Shown: positions 51,682 to 55,044 of the stretch, in pieces
Layout of the letters: each line of letters begins with the position of its first letter
Numbering within the stretch: the stretch's first letter is position 1
Assembly (NCBI GenBank): GCA_902524045.1
Contig: CABZBT010000001.1
Coordinates: 1 to 55,044 of the forward strand
Origin: an uncultured Pelagibacteraceae bacterium
Lineage (GTDB): Bacteria; Pseudomonadota; Alphaproteobacteria; Pelagibacterales; Pelagibacteraceae
Direction of reading: 5' to 3'
Length of the DNA stretch: 55,044 bases
Position numbers and translations under genes: made by a program
The notes under the pieces: model-generated
The model's input: the letters and a program-made list of their open reading frames with translations, nothing else
Databases searched by the model: none
Told to the model about the DNA's origin: nothing

Positions 51682-51698
51682 GACTAACTAGAGAATAT

Positions 51699-52607
51699 CT
51701 AAATTTTTTTTAAAAGCTTTTCTAAACCAGCTGGATTAACTTTATTCCAATCTTTCATATGTCCTCGAGCCCAGGTGCTCTGTCTTTTGGCATATTGCCT
51801 AGTCTTTATTGATATTTTATCGATTAATTGTTCTGTTTGGATTTTTTTTTGAAGATATTGCTTAATCTCACTAATTCCAATTGCTTTACTCAGGCTTTTA
51901 TTTTTTGGAACTCTCAATTTTATGAATTTTTTAACCTCTGAAATTGCACCTGTTTTAATCATGTATTTAGATCTCTTATTTATTCTTTCAATTAAATCTT
52001 TCCTCGGAAAATCAATACAAATTTTATAAAAGTCATTATGATCATAATCTGACTTAGTGTTTTTGAACCAACTAATCATTGATCTTTTTGTAAATGATTT
52101 AATTTCATATGCTCTTAAAGATCTTTGAACATCTAAAGAATTAATTCGATCTTTAATCAAAGGATCTATCTCTATCAACTTAAGAAAAAAATTTTTTTGT
52201 CCAATTCTTTTATGTAAATTTCTTACTCTTTTTCTAAAATTGGTAGGAATTTTTGGAATATTTACTAAGCCATCAGTCAAGGCTTTAAAATATAGACCAG
52301 TGCCTCCTACTAATATTGGTGTTTTTTTGATTTTTCGACATTGCGAAATTTTATGTTTTACTAATCTAAGCCAATCTCCTGTTGAAAAATTTTTTTTTGC
52401 ATTTTGAAACCCATATAAATGATGTTTGATGTTTTGATAATCTTTTTTAAAAGGTCTTACTGTCAAAATCTTTAATTCTTTATAAACTTGCATGCTATCG
52501 GCATTTATAATCTGACCTGAAACTTTTTTTGCTAATTTAATTGCAAACTTTGATTTTCCAGATGCAGTAGGTCCATAAATTAAAATAATTTTGGATTTAA
52601 AATCCAT
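51699..52607 (-). CDS. miaA: tRNA dimethylallyltransferase
   Basis: GPTASGKS, NADSMQVY, VGGTGLY and TRQYAKRQ motifs. Confidence 0.96.
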   Translation of the reverse strand: MDFKSKIILIYGPTASGKSKFAIKLAKKVSGQIINADSMQVYKELKILTVRPFKKDYQNIKHHLYGFQNAKKNFSTGDWLRLVKHKISQCRKIKKTPILVGGTGLYFKALTDGLVNIPKIPTNFRKRVRNLHKRIGQKNFFLKLIEIDPLIKDRINSLDVQRSLRAYEIKSFTKRSMISWFKNTKSDYDHNDFYKICIDFPRKDLIERINKRSKYMIKTGAISEVKKFIKLRVPKNKSLSKAIGISEIKQYLQKKIQTEQLIDKISIKTRQYAKRQSTWARGHMKDWNKVNPAGLEKLLKKI

Positions 52608-52610
52608 AAA

Positions 52611-54023
52611 CTAATCTAATTTAATACCTATATATCTTTTTTGATTTTGGCTATTGTAGATCACAAGTAAAATGGTCTTCTGGTTACTATTTAAAACTTG
52701 TTTAAGTGTTTGATTTAAATCTTCAACATTTCTTATTTTTTTCTTTTGAGCCTCTAGAATAATGCTATTCACCTCAATTGAACCAGTTAAAGGACTATTT
52801 TTTTCAATACTAGTAATCACTAAACCATTGGTTTGGTTTGGTAAATTTCTTGTTTTAATATCTTTATCGGAGAGTTTTCTTACTTTTATTTTAAGATTCT
52901 CAATTAGAAATTCTTTGGGTAATTCCTCTTTTTTTTCTGAAATTTTAAAATCTTCTGATGTCTCTAGTCTTCCAAGTGTGATTGTTTTTGTAATTTCTTT
53001 TTTATTTCTCCAGATTTTAACTTTTACTTTTTTTCCAACCTCAGTTCTTGCAACTATCATTGGAAGTTCTTTCATTTGATCTATTTTTTCACCGTTGAAT
53101 TCTAAAATAATATCTCCACTTTTTACCCCAGCTTTTTCTGATGGACTATTTGGTGCAACACTTGCTACTAGAGCTCCTCTTGGTTCGTCTAACTTTTCAA
53201 CCTCTGCAATTTCTTTTGTTACATCTTGAATTCTTACTCCAAGCCATCCTCTTTTTGTTTCCCCAAATTCAATTAATTGATCAATTACAATCTTCGCACT
53301 ATTCGATGGTATTGAAAAACCTATTCCAACATTTCCGCTTCTACCTAGAATAGCAGTATTAATTCCAATCACATTACCATTCATATCGAATAACGGACCA
53401 CCCGAGTTCCCGGAGTTAATGGACGCGTCAGTTTGAATATAATCTTCATATCTTGATAGTCCAATTGATCGATTTCGTGCAGAAATTATTCCAGAAGTAA
53501 CTGTCCCACCTAAACCAAATGGATTTCCAATAGCTATAACCCAATCACCTATTCTTGCCTTATCTGAGTCACCAAATCTAACAGGTAAAAACTTTTCTTT
53601 TGATTCAATTTTTAAAACTGCAATATCAGAAAGGGGATCTGCTCCAATAACTTTAGCCTTAAATTTTTTTTCTCCATTAACTTGAACCACAATATCTTCT
53701 GCTCCCTCAATTACGTGGTTGTTTGTTACTAATATTCCCTTTTCATCAATAATAAATCCTGAACCAAGTGCTGAAGATTGTCTTTCTTGCGGTGTTCCAA
53801 ATTCTTTAAACATATCGCCAAATGGTGATCCTGGTGGAAATTGAAAATTGGGAAATGGATTACTTCTTGTCACTACTGTTTGAGTTGTTGAAATATTCAC
53901 CACTGAAGGCATTAATTTTTTAGCTAAATCTGCGAACGAATTAGGTATATTTTGAGAATTTGATGTTGATGAAAAATTAAATACCAATAATAAAGATAGA
54001 AATATTACTTTTATTTTCATCAT
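52611..54023 (-). CDS. degP: DegP/DegQ (HtrA) periplasmic serine protease
   Basis: TNNHV and GNSGG motifs, PDZ domains, signal peptide. Confidence 0.95.
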   Translation of the reverse strand: MMKIKVIFLSLLLVFNFSSTSNSQNIPNSFADLAKKLMPSVVNISTTQTVVTRSNPFPNFQFPPGSPFGDMFKEFGTPQERQSSALGSGFIIDEKGILVTNNHVIEGAEDIVVQVNGEKKFKAKVIGADPLSDIAVLKIESKEKFLPVRFGDSDKARIGDWVIAIGNPFGLGGTVTSGIISARNRSIGLSRYEDYIQTDASINSGNSGGPLFDMNGNVIGINTAILGRSGNVGIGFSIPSNSAKIVIDQLIEFGETKRGWLGVRIQDVTKEIAEVEKLDEPRGALVASVAPNSPSEKAGVKSGDIILEFNGEKIDQMKELPMIVARTEVGKKVKVKIWRNKKEITKTITLGRLETSEDFKISEKKEELPKEFLIENLKIKVRKLSDKDIKTRNLPNQTNGLVITSIEKNSPLTGSIEVNSIILEAQKKKIRNVEDLNQTLKQVLNSNQKTILLVIYNSQNQKRYIGIKLD

Positions 54024-54024
54024 T

Positions 54025-54210
54025 TTAAATTTTCGTGTAGTAAATAATTATAAATCCTAATAATGCAAAAACTAATCCACCAGTTCTTAATTGGCTGTCC
54101 TTGATAAGCTCTAACTTTCTAAGCATATTCTTCATTTTTGATGGAAATAAGGCATACAAAATTCCCTCGACAAATAAGAAGAGACCAAAAGCAATGATCA
54201 ATTCCTTCAT
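54025..54210 (-). CDS. DUF2065 family small membrane protein
   Basis: EGILYALFP and LRTGGL motifs; usual position after hflC. Confidence 0.88.
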   Translation of the reverse strand: MKELIIAFGLFLFVEGILYALFPSKMKNMLRKLELIKDSQLRTGGLVFALLGFIIIYYTKI

Positions 54211-54216
54211 GAATAG

Positions 54217-55044
54217 TTACTCAGCTTGCGGTTTTATATTCCCGAAAAATTTAAAGAATTCACTATCTGGGGAAAGAATAAGAGATGTTTCGCCTCCAAT
54301 TAATGCTTTTTCATAAGCTTGCATCGCTCTATAGAATGCAAAAAACTCTGGATCTTGTCCAAAGGCACCAGCAAAGATATTATTTCTTTTGCCATCTCCT
54401 TCACCTTTCATTATCTCTGATTTTTTTTGAGCCTCGGCTAATATTACAGTCACTTCTTTATCGGCTGTTGATGTTATAGTAACTGCCATCTCTGCACCCC
54501 TCGCTCTAAATTCTTTTGCTTCTCTCTCCCTTTCAGTTTGCATTCTTCTAAAGATTGCATCACTGTTTGCTTGTGGAAGGTCTGCTCTTTTAATTCTGAC
54601 ATCGTTAATTTTAATACCAAAATTTTCTGCTTCATTATTCACACCCTCTTGAATAAGAGCCATCTGCTTAGTTCTATCCTCTGATAATAGCGTTTGTAAC
54701 TCTTGCTGACCTAAAACATTTCTAATTCTTGAATTTATAATTGTTGCTAATCTTGATCTTGCAACTCTTTCATTTCCAACTGAAATGTAAAACTTTAAGG
54801 GATCAATAATTTGGAATCTTGCAAAAGCGTCAACTATAAGTCTTTTTTGATCAGAGGCTATAACTTCTTCCGGCGGAGTATCTAAATTTAAAATTCTTTT
54901 ATCTAAAAATACAACATTTTGAATGAAAGGTATCTTAAAATTTAAACCAGGTTTTGAAATTATTCTTTTAGGATCACCAAATTGTAAAACAATCGCTTGA
55001 TTAACCTCTTTAACTATAAAAATTGAAAAGAAAGCGACTACCGA
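54217..55044 (-). CDS. hflC: FtsH protease modulator HflC, 5'-truncated by the window edge
   Basis: Frame is open to 55044 (…QAIVLQFGDP…PGLNFKIPF…SDQKRLIVD…); RMQTER and DPEFFAFYR motifs. Confidence 0.95.
   Translation of the reverse strand, partial: SVVAFFSIFIVKEVNQAIVLQFGDPKRIISKPGLNFKIPFIQNVVFLDKRILNLDTPPEEVIASDQKRLIVDAFARFQIIDPLKFYISVGNERVARSRLATIINSRIRNVLGQQELQTLLSEDRTKQMALIQEGVNNEAENFGIKINDVRIKRADLPQANSDAIFRRMQTEREREAKEFRARGAEMAVTITSTADKEVTVILAEAQKKSEIMKGEGDGKRNNIFAGAFGQDPEFFAFYRAMQAYEKALIGGETSLILSPDSEFFKFFGNIKPQAE

Noticed and set aside
54217-54663. Apparently truncated hflC (148 aa)
   Set aside because: The frame is open to the window edge, so this is an artefact of requiring a start codon.

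Overview
A very AT-rich, gene-dense alphaproteobacterial chromosome segment with tiny intergenic spacers and many overlapping start/stop codons. Gene content and style point strongly to SAR11 / Candidatus Pelagibacter (inference). From left to right: (1) HPP protein, metal-independent NAD-dependent formate dehydrogenase, msrA, selO/ydiU; (2) an oxidative/photo-oxidative stress neighbourhood (tspO, SDR, TIGR03643, grxC, DUF3833 lipoprotein, and a CFA-synthase/DUF1365/FAD-oxidoreductase trio resembling the Rhodobacter ufaM/ufaO/ufaD furan fatty acid genes). This neighbourhood is split by a 7.5 kb module (lysE/rhtB, liv-type ABC transporter, azlCD, glutarate hydroxylase csiD/glaH) bracketed by two copies of a ~48-nt hairpin motif; (3) gcvTHP under a tandem glycine riboswitch; (4) 5-oxoprolinase pxpABC, a second liv-type ABC transporter (probably pyroglutamate), a proC-like gene and an unannotated 23-aa membrane ORF; (5) two tandem outer-membrane beta-barrel paralogues with an identical 20-bp upstream site and near-identical terminators; (6) msrB, HDAC, FkbM, 2-hydroxyacid dehydrogenase, DMT, dadA-like; (7) core genes rodA-mrdA-mreDCB (MreC has an unusual C-terminal extension), leuA, ilvCHI, miaA, degP, DUF2065, hflC. 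Two genes carry single-base homopolymer frameshifts. I saw no rRNA, tRNA, CRISPR array, integrase or transposase. All calls come from motif recognition by eye; no searches were run.
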